A stretch of 64,000 bases of DNA, taken from the NCBI RefSeq assembly GCF_009834535.1, contig NC_045696.1:111602001-111666000 (forward strand), written 5' to 3'. Below the pieces are notes generated by a model that worked only from the letters and a program-made list of their open reading frames with translations, searched no databases and was not told the origin of the DNA. The DNA is from Camelus ferus (lineage: Eukaryota). Position 1 is the first letter of the stretch; each line of letters begins with the position of its first letter. Position numbers and translations under genes: made by a program. Positions 24,661-36,657 of this stretch are shown one piece after another.

Positions 24661-25290
24661 ATTACTATTATTATTACTAACAAGGTACACACATGGGAAT
24701 CACAGCGCCAACAGTGAACCACGCCACCCGGAAGAACTGGGATTTTGTACGGCTACAGAATCCAGGTTATGCCTGCAGGGAAAAACGTACACCAAATATT
24801 GGTTGCTTGGGTTTTAAATGGGAAGATAAAAAAAGCACAAGTTCATTTCAACAGTTTTTCCCCAAGGTCAAAATTAGTTTTGCTTTGAGCTTTGAAAATC
24901 CCTCCTTTAATTGTCTAAATATCTGTAATTGAGTAGAGGAATGAACTGTATATAGAAGTTTATTTCCTCCAAAGACAAAAAAAAAAAAATTGAGGCCACC
25001 AAAATCATTTGCTTGTACATAACATAAAGATCTAAATGGGGAAAATAAATCTTCAAAGACATTACATGCTTTCACTTCACCAGCTGTGGTGGCCTTAAGA
25101 CACATATTAATTTCCTAAACTGATAGAAAATTAGATCTCATCTATTCTATCTTTGATTTTTTTCCTTACCTTTTGAATAGCCTACAAGAATCAATAAACA
25201 GTATACAAATAATGTGGATAAGTATTTCAAATTGAATATTTTTTTATTTCAAGAGTGAAGAACTTAAAACTAATTTTATGCTGGCGCTTT

Positions 25291-25440
25291 CTATTTATTC
25301 TATTATAACCAAATGATGCTGGTGAGAACAGCCTTCAGCTGAGGGGGCATTATCACACGCCACACCTATTTATTCTATTATAACCAAATGATGCTGGTGA
25401 GAACAGCCTTCAGCTGAGGGGGCATTATCACACGCCACAC
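25291..25440. repeat. Perfect 2 x 75 bp tandem duplication
   Basis: 25291-25365 is identical to 25366-25440 by direct reading. Confidence 0.97.
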
Positions 25441-25494
25441 GTAAATGAAAGCCCCACATTCTTTGGCATTCTCCCCATCAAGAGGTAGAGCCTC

Positions 25495-25633
25495 AGTGAT
25501 GCTTAGCATGCACGAGGTCCTGGGTTCAGTTCCCGGTACCTCCTCTAACAATAAATAAACCTAATTACCCGCACCCCGCCAAAATAAAAATGATTGAATA
25601 ATACAATAATAAATAAGTTCAATATTTTTTAAA
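25495..25633 (+). mobile_element. tRNA-Ala-derived SINE (vic-1-like), 5'-truncated
   Basis: gcttagcatgcacgaggtcctgggttcagttccc...; 15-bp TSD aagaggt(a/g)gagcctc at 25480-25494 and 25634-25648. Confidence 0.9.
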
Positions 25634-25779
25634 AAGAGGTGGAGCCTCTGTCCCCTCCCTTTGAAGATGGGTGGGCCCTAGGACAGCTTTCTCAGAGAAT
25701 ACAGTAGAAGAACTCTGCTCCCATGTCTGAACACGGGTTGTAAGACACTGGCAGTGTTCACCTCCTTTCTCTTAGAAAC

Positions 25780-26183
25780 CTTGGCAAAACTGGTTGGCTT
25801 GCCAGCTCAGGTGCTCCCCAGGTGAAATCTGAAACCAGCCCCCATAAACAGAGAAAGAGGCAGATGCCTCCAGACTGGTAGGTAGTAGGTTTAATAAGCA
25901 AGGCTTGTCTTGGGCTCTGCAAGATGAGTAGACCTCCTCACCCACCTGCCAAATCTTCAGAGTTTACACAGAGGCTTCACTGGTTCGGTCACATATTTAG
26001 TCCAGATGGTCTCAACAACATCCTACTCTGTCGAGGCTGCATCATTGAAACAGCTCCCCCGTGGGAACAGTGAGCAGAGCGTACATTCCAAGGATGGAGC
26101 AGGGAAGTGAGGAGCCTCTGATTGCCTGGAGTCAGCAGGAGGGTCAGCCAGCAGTCACGTCCTCTTGACTACCTCCCCCAACA
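25780..26183 (-). mobile_element. ERV1-like solo LTR nested in MLT1
   Basis: Minus strand starts TGTTGGGGGAGG; ATTAAA signal (plus tttaat near 25890); interrupts otherwise collinear MLT1. Confidence 0.65.
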
Positions 26184-26631
26184 GAAGCCAGGCTTCACAT
26201 AAGAGGTCCAGCTCCCCTGAGACCACCGTGCAGTGAGGAAGCTCCAGATGGACACATGGATAGTCCGTCAGGACAGAGAGACACACAAACAATCCACCAG
26301 CCCACAGCCACCCCAGCCACCACAGCTCAGCACCAGCTGTGTGCAGAAGGAGCCTTCAAATGCCTCCAGCCTCAGCCCTCAGCTAAGCAGCCTTATGAGA
26401 GACCCTCAGCAAGAACCCCGATCTGAGCCTTTCAACTGACAGATCCTTGATTATCTGAACAGCATGGTCTTTCATTTGTTGATAGAAGTAATTCTCTGCA
26501 AACCAGGAAGTAGGCTTTCTTTCTACTCCTGCTTTATGTGTCATTATAGAGATGGACCTAAAAAGGAGATTCCAATCCTACAAGCTTTATTTCAGATTCT
26601 CAAGCCAATGTTTTCTAGTTAGAAAATAATT

Positions 26632-27265
26632 CTAAAAAACTAAAAATAGAGTTGCCATATGATCCAGCAATCCCACTCCTGGGCAAATATCCAAAGATAA
26701 CTCTAATTTGGAAAGACACATGTACCCCAATGTTCATAGCAGCACTGTATACAATAGCCAGGACATGGAAGTACCCTAAATGGCCATCAGCAGATGACTG
26801 GATAAAGAAGTTGTGGTATTTTATACAATGGAATACTACTCAGCCATAAAAAATGAAGTAATCCCCTTTGCAGCAACATGGATGGAACTAGAGATTATCA
26901 TACTAAGTGAAGTAAGTCAAAGACAGTATCGTGAAATGTCAATTATATGTGGAATCTAAAAAAAATTACACAAATAAACTTCTTTACAAAACAGAAAGAG
27001 AGTCATAGACATACCAAAGGGGAAGCTGCGGGTGGGGGGACATAAGTGGGAGTTTGGGATAAGCAGGTAGAAACTAATATACAGAACAGATAAACAACAA
27101 GGTCCTGCTGTATAGCACAGGGATCTATATTCAGCAGCATGTAATAACCTATAATGAAAAAGAATATAATTGAATCACTATGTTATACACCAAAAACTTA
27201 CACAACATTGTAAATCAACTATACTTCACTTTTTTAATTGATTCTGTTACTTTTTTTAAAAAAAA
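26632..27265 (+). mobile_element. L1 3' fragment (ORF2 end and 3' UTR), lineage type
   Basis: [16 protein letters not shown]...[19 protein letters not shown]; 3' UTR ending acaacattgtaaatcaactatacttc. Confidence 0.92.
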
Positions 27266-27789
27266 TAATAATTATAATGATCTATTTTTTCTATCCCTCA
27301 ATTTTCCTCATGAAGAAATAGCTAAGTCTTCCTAGAGCAGTTACATCTATTAGTTCTTTAAAGCATTGTTAAAATTGTGCTTTAATGTTATTATTAATGA
27401 GCAAAGGATCACATCAAACACTTTCTGAATGATGGACTTTCATCTCTGCGTTTTCATAAGCAAAATTCTGGAGGATGAAAAGGAACATTGTCTAGAAGGC
27501 TGAGCGGACTGTACACCGGAATGAGGGTCAGACATCAGTAAAATATTGATCCTTACCAAAAACAAGAAGTTTTCCAGGTTAAACAGATTCCTAGCTCAGT
27601 TCAGGCATGACTTATTAAAGAAGATACTCATGTTTAATAGTTTTAATTTAATTTGTTCAAAGCTGAAGTATGAGAAGGACAACAGCTTCCACAATCTACT
27701 TTAATTTTTTGAGTGGAGTGTTTCAAATCTGTTGCCCGTTGTCTTCATTCACTACATAAATTAGGAACTTAATCTTCTCTCCAGCAGTA

Positions 27790-28020
27790 GCTCATTCGAT
27801 TATTCATCCAACATATTGGGTGCTACTTCTTTCAGGTGCCATGTTAGGTCCTAGTGGTAGCAAGACTTGGTCCCTACCTGGAGTTCATATTCTAGCAAAA
27901 AAAGTAGGCATCGCACCAATAGTAAGTGTATTAAGGGATATAAAGGGGGAAATACAAGGAGCTATGCAAGCACATAGCAAAGGCATTTAACCAACTGTGG
28001 AAAGTCTCAGAAGCCTTCCT
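27790..28020 (-). mobile_element. L2 3' fragment
   Basis: tcattcgattattcatccaacatattgggtgctac...caggtgccatgttagg...ggagttcatattctag. Confidence 0.7.
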
Positions 28021-29594
28021 GTGCATCCAACACTTTGTTCCCAATAAACAGCACCATGATGCCCTAGTTTTCGTACAGTCTAAAGTACAAAGCAATGAAG
28101 TGGCAAAGGAGATAAAAATATCATCTTTTAACTGATATTTTGCCCTTAATTAGAGGACATCAGTTAGCATGAAAGCCAAAGGGAGGTCCCCAGAGGGTCC
28201 TTTAAATATGCATCCAGACCAGGTGGTACCAGACCCAGTTAAGCAAGAAGGATAGAGCTGAGCTGAGCTGAGCATGCCTAGTTATTATTTCTAATTTTGC
28301 CAGTCAAGCAAATCAATCATAAGCAAAATAAATAAACAAACAACGACAAAAACAGCAGAGGGGGATCAAAAGTATATCAGACCTGTTGGAAGAAAGCATC
28401 ACGAGTGTGTAAGAAATAGGAGCTTTATATTCACAGGAGAGCCATTATCTCTTTCTCTAACTGCTTTCTTCTTGTCCTTCTTTTCTCTCTAACAAAAGAA
28501 AAATCACTCTGAAAGTCACCTCAACTCCTAATGGTGTCTACTACCAGCAAAAATCCATTGTACAAACAGTTCAAAATTTAATAAATACCTTTGATGTATA
28601 AGATGGTCTTTTTGCTGGTTTACCATATTGGACACTTGAAATCTTTTCTGTTGTCACCATATGTTTCCCAAGTGCAAAGCTGAGTATCTAAGCCATTCCA
28701 CTTAAATGACAACAGATTTGTGTAATAAACTGAAAAGCTGCCAGCAAAAATTAATGCTAATTTTCCTCTGTTCTACTTTCTGAAGAATGTAAGAATGTTT
28801 CCTTTTTAAAAAACCTCAAGAAAAGAGAGATTAATGAAAATTAAGCATGAACATTTCCAGATATTTCACATTTTTACTTTCTGCCTTTTCACCAAACTCA
28901 ATATTTCACTTTGTCCATCCTCTAAATAAGTAAACTTTTAGTGCCAAAAATAGGCCAGAAACTGGGCTCTGGACCGTACTTGGTAGAATGTGTAAGTGAA
29001 ATCATGCTTGTGAAAGTACGTTATAAACTGCATAAGCAGATGTAAAAAGATTCATAAGAGTTGCCATCTCATAAAGGTGATAGAGTCCCTTTAATAAATT
29101 CATGAGCAGATTCATATTTCAAAGAAATTCACAAAATGGAAAATGAGGGCAACTTTTAATATTGTTCACTTCCAGAAACTTCCTGGATATCAGCATTAAT
29201 TATTATTTTAAATAAATGGGTAATGGTGATGGGCTAAGTAAAGAGGAGGTCCCAAATTTCCTCATCGTCCAAGTAATACTGCGTCTTCCCAGCCTCCAAC
29301 CTCCACCAGCTCAAGTGGGGGGGGGGGGGATGCTGAGCTTGTGTCCTTGGCAAGGCCTCCATCCTACCCTCAGCACCATCACCCCAACACTCACAGCCTC
29401 ACCATCACGTCTGCCTTGAAGACCATTAGCACTAGTTCTGTATACTTCCAAATCAGGAAGCCGCAAATCCCAGTTCATCCCTCATCCCCATACGCCTCAG
29501 CACAATCCTTAATCTAAGTCATCTCCCCATCCCTGACCCCCTGTATGTAACTCGTGATGCAGCATCAGCACAATCCCCCTCTCCAAATGTTTGC

Positions 29595-29830
29595 TGCTGG
29601 GTGGTGGAGCACAGTGCTACGCACTCCCTGGGTCTCAGGTGCACCACCTGGGTTCAAGTCCAGCTCCGCCACTTGCTACCCTGATCGTGAGCAATATATT
29701 CAACCTGTCTGTGCTCTAATTTCTCCATCTGTAAAATAAGACTAAAGAGAGATCTTCTTTTGAGGATTAAGTTAATTAATCTACAAAACATCGTGGAAGA
29801 ATTCCTGGCACGTAGTAAGTACTTTGTAAG
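29595..29830 (+). mobile_element. MIR
   Basis: cctgggttcaagtccagctccgccacttgct...ctccatctgtaaaat...cctggcacgtagtaagtac. Confidence 0.85.
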
Positions 29831-29989
29831 GATTTTTTTCTCTCTTTTTTCCTGCTCCCAGTGAGCCCTGGCTTTCTCCTGAGATCCTGCTTTCTTTAAA
29901 GCTCTACCAAGTGTATCTCTCTCCCCTGTATCTCTCACACTCATGTGACTGAAGGTAGAATGGAAGTCCTTCTTGCTCCTCATTATCCC

Positions 29990-32180
29990 TTCCAGACCAT
30001 TATCCTTCCCACCTCCCAGCCATCCTCTCCAGCTCTGAGGTTCATGTGTCAAACCACACCGCCATCACCCCTCCTTACAGCAGCCATCCACAGCCACCAG
30101 ATCACCTCTCACTCCTCTGAGCACTTCAACTCCTACTTCATTGTTACTCTTGCTCTGCTGTTAATGATAACTTTTTGGTGATTTCAATGTCTTTGAAAAT
30201 CATCCTTTCAATTCTTTGGCTTTTACTTTTTTTTTTCTTTCTTCTTTTAAATTGAAGTATAGTCAGTTTACAATGTTGTGTCAAGTTCTGGTGCACAGCA
30301 TAATGTTTCAGTCATACATATACATATATATTCTTTTTCATTACATGTTACTAAAAGATATTGGATATAGTTCCCTGTGCTATACAGTATAAACTTGTGG
30401 TATAACTTGTAGTTAGTATCTGCAAAGATCAAACTCCCAATTTATCCCTTCCCCTCTTTCCCCCTGGTAACTATAAGTATATTCCCTAAGTCTGAGAGTC
30501 TGTTTCTGTTTTGTAAATAAGTTCATTTGTGTCATTTTTTTAGATTTCACATATGAGTGATATCATATGATCTTTTTCTTTCTCCTCTGGCTTACTTCAC
30601 TTAGAATGATGATCTCCAGATCCAACCATGTTGCTCCAAATAGCATTATTTTATTCTTTTTTATGGCTGAGTAGTATTCCACCACATAAATATACAACTT
30701 CTTCATCCCTCACTTTTACATTCCTCCCCACTTCACCTTCCATGATTTCTTAGCTTTAACTCAACAACTTATCGCCTTGGTTATACCCCATACAATAAAT
30801 CCAACCCCTCCCATGGCTTCATTCTGTAACCACTGCCTCCCATCTCTCAGCTCACTCACTCCCCTCACTACTCCTGACTCCAACAAGTATTTGCCTTCTG
30901 AGTTCTCCTGGTGCACTGAGCCTACAACCTATCTGTTCACTACCCTCATGGCCAGACTTCCCTGTGTATTATTAACTTAAAGATCATGGTCTGTTATTAC
31001 AGGCTATTCCTTCCATATGCCTTCAACTCTATCAGCAGGCAAATATGCTCAAAGTGGTCCAATCAAAATCCTCCCATTTCTTCACATCATCCTCCAGCAG
31101 CCGCCACCCCATTTCTCTGCTCCACTTTAAAGAAAAACCCCTCCAGACTGTGATCTATTCTGTCTCCTATGTTTTTCTAACATTTCTTAAAATCCTCTCC
31201 AGGTATCACTCCAATTAAAGTGTCTTCCCTAACACTTAACCAAAAAAGCTGTTATTGAGGTTACCAATGACCTCCCTGTAGGAAGTCCAATGGTCACCTC
31301 TCAGCCATCACTCCACATGACCCATCAGTAGCATCACACATGTGATGACTCCCTCCTTCCTGAACCACTTTCTTCCCTTGTCTCCAGGACAATACTTTCC
31401 TATTGAGGTAGCTATTTGCTACCTCACTGGCTCTTCTCCAATAGACTTTGCTGGCTGCCCTCTGTCTAATGTTGGAACACCTTAAGACAGTTCTCACACC
31501 TCTATGTTTATCCACTTAAGTGCCATCCTTCTACTTCGTGTCTTTAAATCTTATTTTTCTCTAGCCCAACCTCTCCTGCAAACTACAAGGTGCCTAAAAT
31601 GCCTGTCTAGGCAACAAATTTGGAGGCATACTAGGTTCCTCAAACTTAGCACATCCAAAATCAAATCGCTAAATCCTCCTCATCCACCTTTCAACCTGTT
31701 CCTCCTAAACTTCCCCATCTCGGTAAATGCAACTCCACCTTTCCAGCTGTTCAGGCATCAGGGCCATCTTTGATTTCTCTTTTGTCACCTCCTGTACCCT
31801 AGCCATGAGCTACGCCTTCAGAACATATGCAAAACCTTGCCATTTCTCAGCATCTTCACATTACTCCCTCATCTAAGCCAACATCATGTTTTGTCTGACT
31901 ACTGTCTTACAGCCTCCTGACTGGTCCCCCTACTCAGTTGAGACCTCCCCTGGCATCCAATACAGTAGAGCAATTTCCCTATTTCCCTTGCTCAGCTGCA
32001 TTTTCTCACATAGCAATTATCAACATCTGACATAATCTATGCTCACATATTTATTTCCTGTCACCTCTTAAATTCTCTGAGGGTAAAGGTCTCTGTTTTT
32101 GCTTTTTACTATTATTCCCAGTGTCTGAAAGAGTACATAGTACACACTCAATATATATTTGTCTGACGAATAGTTGAATA
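29990..32180 (+). mobile_element. Long L2 relic (ORF2 to 3' end), split by an L1
   Basis: Pyrimidine-rich L2 motifs: aggttaccaatgacctcc, tcctcaaacttagcacatccaaaa, cttccccatctcggtaaatgc, 3' end cactcaatatatatttg. Confidence 0.8.
30225..30710 (-). mobile_element. Lineage-type L1 3' end nested in L2
   Basis: Poly-T, then attgaagtatagtcagtttacaatgttgtg...tatggctgagtagtattcc; cttttac on both flanks. Confidence 0.92.
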
Positions 32181-32569
32181 TTCAAGTATTGAAATAAGCC
32201 ACAAATGATCTCACGATCCAGATTCATCATGTGACCAGAACAGGAGACCTGCCTGACTAGGATGTCATCACATGTGGAGCCCTTGCTAAATGGTCATGTA
32301 CTCCAGCCTTAAATCCTTGTAAAATACCAACCTTGTTTCTTCATAGCTTACTATTTAATACACTGCTGCACAACAAGCTTGGGAACCCAGTTCTTGAAGA
32401 AACTATACAATGTTTCCTAAGGAAAGAAAAAGAAAATCTGTTCCTGGTAGGGTGAAGGGTATGAGCAGAGTCTGCCGCAGAATGTGCAGGCTGAGATAGG
32501 CCTGTCTGGAAAATAGGGCCATTTTGGAAGCAGTGATGGATAAGCCTGGATACAGAGAGACTAAGACTG

Positions 32570-32750
32570 TGGAATGATATTCATCAAACCCTTATTAAAT
32601 GCCTACTGCTTGCAAGGTACTTGCTGGGTGCTGGGGCTGAAGCACATTTAAACATGAATAAGGCAGGTTCCAGTCTCCAGGTGTTCATAATCAAATATAG
32701 CAAATAAAACATATGCTTGAACATGTCTAAGGAAGCTACAACATGAGGTG
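32570..32750 (-). mobile_element. L2 3' fragment
   Basis: ttcatcaaacccttattaaatgcctactgcttgcaaggtac...gctgggtgctgggg. Confidence 0.65.
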
Positions 32751-32964
32751 TCAAAAAGGAAGAGAAGGTGAAAAGAAAAGAAAGGCTGGTAGACTGACTG
32801 CTAGTGGAAATAAAGCACCAGGTGGAACCAAATATTATTCTAAAACTTTAAGCCCAAAGTTCCAGAAGAATCATAGTTACATGAACAGAAACAGGGGAAA
32901 TCATTTTGGCAAAGTTACAGGAGCAGTTTGAAATAGCAGTGGACCGACCACTGGGTAAGTCATC

Positions 32965-33200
32965 GTCCCAGGGGTCTCAACCCTGGCTGTTCTCGGGACA
33001 GGATCGCTAAGAAACTTCTAAAGAGTAGTAACTCCTAGTCCACAGCTACTGAGTCAGAATCTCTGGAAGTGGTGCACGTTAGTGTGTGTGTATTTTGTAC
33101 CTACATGTGTGGATGTGATATGTGTGTGTGCATGAGTGCATGTGCGGATTCGTAGGTTCTGCTACGGTCAGTCCATGGACCATTATTTAGAATCATTGCT
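32965..33200. mobile_element. MER5-like hAT-Charlie fragment containing a TG-rich tract
   Basis: caggggtctcaaccctggctg...actgagtcagaatctctgg. Confidence 0.55.
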
Positions 33201-33879
33201 ATTGACAGCTGAAAATGTGGGACTGAAATGAAGATGAGGAATCACTGGAGAAGTTACAATTCTTCCACCAATGGTGACCTAATTCACAGACTGAGGATGG
33301 GCACCTCTAAGAATGGAAAAAATCTGGAGCCACAACTTTGCAAGGATGGAATTAGACTGACATTCAGGGGACACAAGGAAGACACAAATAAGGATTCTGA
33401 AAACAGACTAAAAATACTCTGTAGGAGAAATAAGGAACTTCCCTAATTCAATAAGCTAGGAAATATTTCTTATGCATAATAAAATATGGAGTCACTTCTC
33501 ACATATATCCACGCCTCACATGCACAATTTCCTTTTTTTTTTTGTATTTCGAAACTTAGCGATGTAGTGTAGCAGAGTAATTATTCATTTCCCTCTCCAA
33601 ATATTTTTGAAAAAGAGAATTGCTATCTTAAAATAATGAATACTGAACTGAATGCTGCAGAACAGATACAGTGCCCGAAAAGACAGGTCTTGCTAATTAA
33701 CTCAGTGCTCATTAAAGATGAACAGCTCATGAAACTGAAACATAATTGTGCTCTGGTTTAAAATGTATAATTAATATGGAAGAGAATGTATTATTAAAAC
33801 AAAATAATTTGTTAATGCAATGGTTAGTCTGTGGCCTACTTGGGAAAGTGTAGTCTTTACTTTTACCACGATCGACCTC

Positions 33880-34095
33880 ATTTCTTTTTATTCAAGTGTT
33901 TAACCAACACTTACACGGCACGTATTATCTACCAGGCATTCTTCTGAGCACATTACAAACTTGATTTAATGCTCTAGGCAAACACTGCGGTATATACTGT
34001 CTATGTCAGATAGGAATCTGGGGCATTGGGAGAAGATGAGGCTTGCCCGAGAAAAGATCCAAACCCAGACACCATCAATTTCCAGAATGTGAATT
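33880..34095 (-). mobile_element. MIR
   Basis: ccaggcattcttctgagcacattaca...gatttaatgctc...cagataggaatctggggcatt. Confidence 0.6.
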
Positions 34096-34259
34096 TGATT
34101 AATTTTGAAGAAATTTAATTTTTGTCTGAAAACAGGTAACAGAAGTTAGTTTGTGGTATTTCGCTGCTCCAGCTAATGAGCATAGTGAAATAAACCTATT
34201 TGGATGATGAAGAGACTGAAACATCCAGAGTTAGCCATATGTCTGATTTTCAAGTGTCT

Positions 34260-34640
34260 CTTATCTTGGGATGGGTTTCCCCAGAAGCAGATGTGGGACA
34301 AGGCTGTGAGCGAGGAGTTTGTCTGGGAAAGGACCTCGGGGGCACGGGAAGTAGGCATGTGAGGCAGGAAAGGGGAAGAGGGTAACAGTGCATTTCTGAG
34401 CACAGGGGTGCTGTGGGCAACACTGATGTAAGCCCCCGGGGAATTCTGGGAGGCAGCGTGGAACACGCACCTCCAAGGCACCAGGGAGCCATCAGCTCCT
34501 GTCTCATCTGTCATCGGTGGAGGTACCTCCGGGGACTGTTCATACCTAACGCTTGGCTGGCACACAGTGGCCGGTGTTTCCCAGGGGAGATCACAAGATG
34601 AGCAGTCACCCCAGGGCTGAGAGCTCGGAGGGTGTGGGCA
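34260..34640 (-). mobile_element. ERVL LTR (LTR16-like)
   Basis: gggtttccccagaagcagatgtgggacaagg...gagtttgtctggg...gggaattctggga; explains the overlapping GC-rich ORFs here. Confidence 0.7.
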
Positions 34641-36543
34641 GGACTTTAGCAGCATCTCTCACACATCCTGGCGTGTCCGTCTCTCACTTCAAAGGATAAT
34701 CGGTTACCCATGAAGACGGCTGTATTTACACAAAACTATAAAGTTAAGACTATTCTCCCATTTGTTTAATTCACACAATCTCAGACATCAGAGCCCTTTT
34801 AAAAATATATTTGAATAGTCAAGTACAAAGTACTCCAGACATGATATAGCATTTGTAAGATTCTGCCAAGGTTATAGTAAAGATAGCAGTAAAGTGAATT
34901 GCCGTAAACTTTTCCAGTTCAGTTTTACCCAGAGGGAAAAAAATGTGAGTAGTGTTTTAAACCCAGTTCTGTTGAGCTATGTGGCCTGGGATAAGCTGTT
35001 TAGCCTCTTTCAACTGCTTTCATTATTTGGAAAATAGAAATAATAATATTTGCCTCACAAAGTTGGCAATGGATGCCTATTCTTTTTCTTTGAATTACTC
35101 ACTTCTTTGAAAAATTAACCCTCCCTTATCCCATGTGTTGGTGGGGGAGCTGTCTACCATGACAGCTGGTCACCCTCCAACAAGGAGAAGCAGGCGACCC
35201 AAGAAGAACCAACCAGAGCTTTTCCTGAAGTGGAAAAAATGACTCTGAAAGAGGAAATTCCTCACCATTGCTTTGCGGAAATGACAGGAGGAAACGATGG
35301 ATGTCACAGGTTTCTTGGCAGTTACACGGAGACCCTACCTGCAACGAAATCAAGCCAACACAGGTAGCGCTTCCGAGGAGACACCCAGAGCCATGGTCCA
35401 TTGTTTGAGCCCCTGATCCTGGCCGTGGCTGCAGTGAACTCCATCTCAGAGAATTCCACTGATGTCCCTTCCTCTTAAACTGGTTCCAGCTCTATCTCAT
35501 AATGAAGGCGACCCGCTTTGGGTTGTCATACGCTGTATTAATTCTTACAGCACAGTGTTTAGGCCACAGTAGGTCCTTGAAAAACCTGTTCCTTGTCTAC
35601 CCCAGCCCTTCTAGTAGTTTCTCAATTCCTCCCCCTGACTCAAAATTTTAGTCCTCATATCCCCCCCAATAATAATTTCTCACTCACCCTGAAATCGTAT
35701 GAATTCACAATGGTATTCCCATCATTGGATTATTATCAGATGGATTAAATCCTATGCTTAATATTAATATGTTAATGTTTTTCTGAATGTTAATATATTC
35801 CTTATAGTTTAAGATTTGAATTCCAAAGGAATAATGTGCTTATTTTTAACCGTTTTGTAAGAGATTAATTTAAAATAAAAGTGCATGTTTAAAAGGAAAA
35901 ATAACTAAACTCTCATATTTTGAAAAAAAGGCCATGGATATTGCCCAAATTAATAAAATAAAATGGAAGCCACAAAATCAAAATATTCCTTGCTACGGAG
36001 GTAAATAATACACTCACACGCACACACATACGTAATTTTACACATCCCAGTTAAAAGAAATGGAAGTGGGGAGAGTAGGAATAAGAAAAACTGTCTTGAA
36101 CGTTGATAAAGGTGAAAACGTAATAAAATATAATAATAAGACAGTTTAAAAGGTCGGCAGTGGACTCAACTTTCAAGCTATTTTAATGCTCTGCTACTGC
36201 CGTCACTCCCACTGCCCAGAAAACACACCTCGCTAACCACTCCCTTCCCTAGTCATGCATTTTCATCAACGGTGTCATTTTAACACACGTCTGAACCCCC
36301 AGCCCAACGGAGCAGCTCAAGAAGTACCTGCTGTCACCGTCATGTGCTGCACAAAGTTTCACTGGGCATCCAGTGCTAACGGAGCAGCTACCACAAAGAA
36401 CAGACCCATCACTCGTCTGTGGAGAAGAAAAGATTCACGGAAGATCTCAAAAGCCCCCAAAACCAATAAAAGTTTTTAACCACAATTACGTTCTCTTCTC
36501 TAGTTTTTCATTTAACACATGTGTTATGATTAAATACCATCAC

Positions 36544-36657
36544 GGGAGGCGGGGTGGGGTGCTGTAGCTCAGTGGTAGAGCGCATGCTTAGCATACACGA
36601 GGTCCTGGGTTCAATCCCCAGTACCTCCACTAAAAAAATAATAATAAATAGATAAAG
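36544..36657 (+). mobile_element. tRNA-Ala-derived SINE (vic-1-like)
   Basis: tgtagctcagtggtagagcgcatgcttagcatacacgaggtcctgggttcaatccccagtacctcca plus A-rich tail; degenerate TSD ending atcac on both sides. Confidence 0.92.

Larger units (their letters stand above)
25441..26450 (+). mobile_element. MaLR LTR (MLT1F/G-like) carrying a nested SINE and a nested LTR
   Basis: ctccccatcaagaggt(a/g)gagcctctgtcccctcccttg...cccctgagaccaccgtgcagtgaggaagc...gagagaccctcagcaagaac. Confidence 0.8.

Noticed and set aside
25291..25440. Direct repeat considered as CRISPR-like or minisatellite
   Set aside because: Two abutting units with no spacer in eukaryotic DNA; a simple duplication.
28255..28273. (GAGCT)n run resembling an immunoglobulin switch pentamer
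   Set aside because: Under four units; switch regions span kilobases.
34173..34655. Cluster of overlapping ORFs up to 160 aa
   Set aside because: Lies on a GC-rich LTR16-like element with few stop codons.
36556..36629. Near-complete tRNA-Ala(AGC) cloverleaf
   Set aside because: Followed by an A-rich tail rather than a T-run terminator, has a TSD-like flank and shares its 3' end (cagtacctcc) with other SINE copies; it is a SINE, not a tRNA gene.
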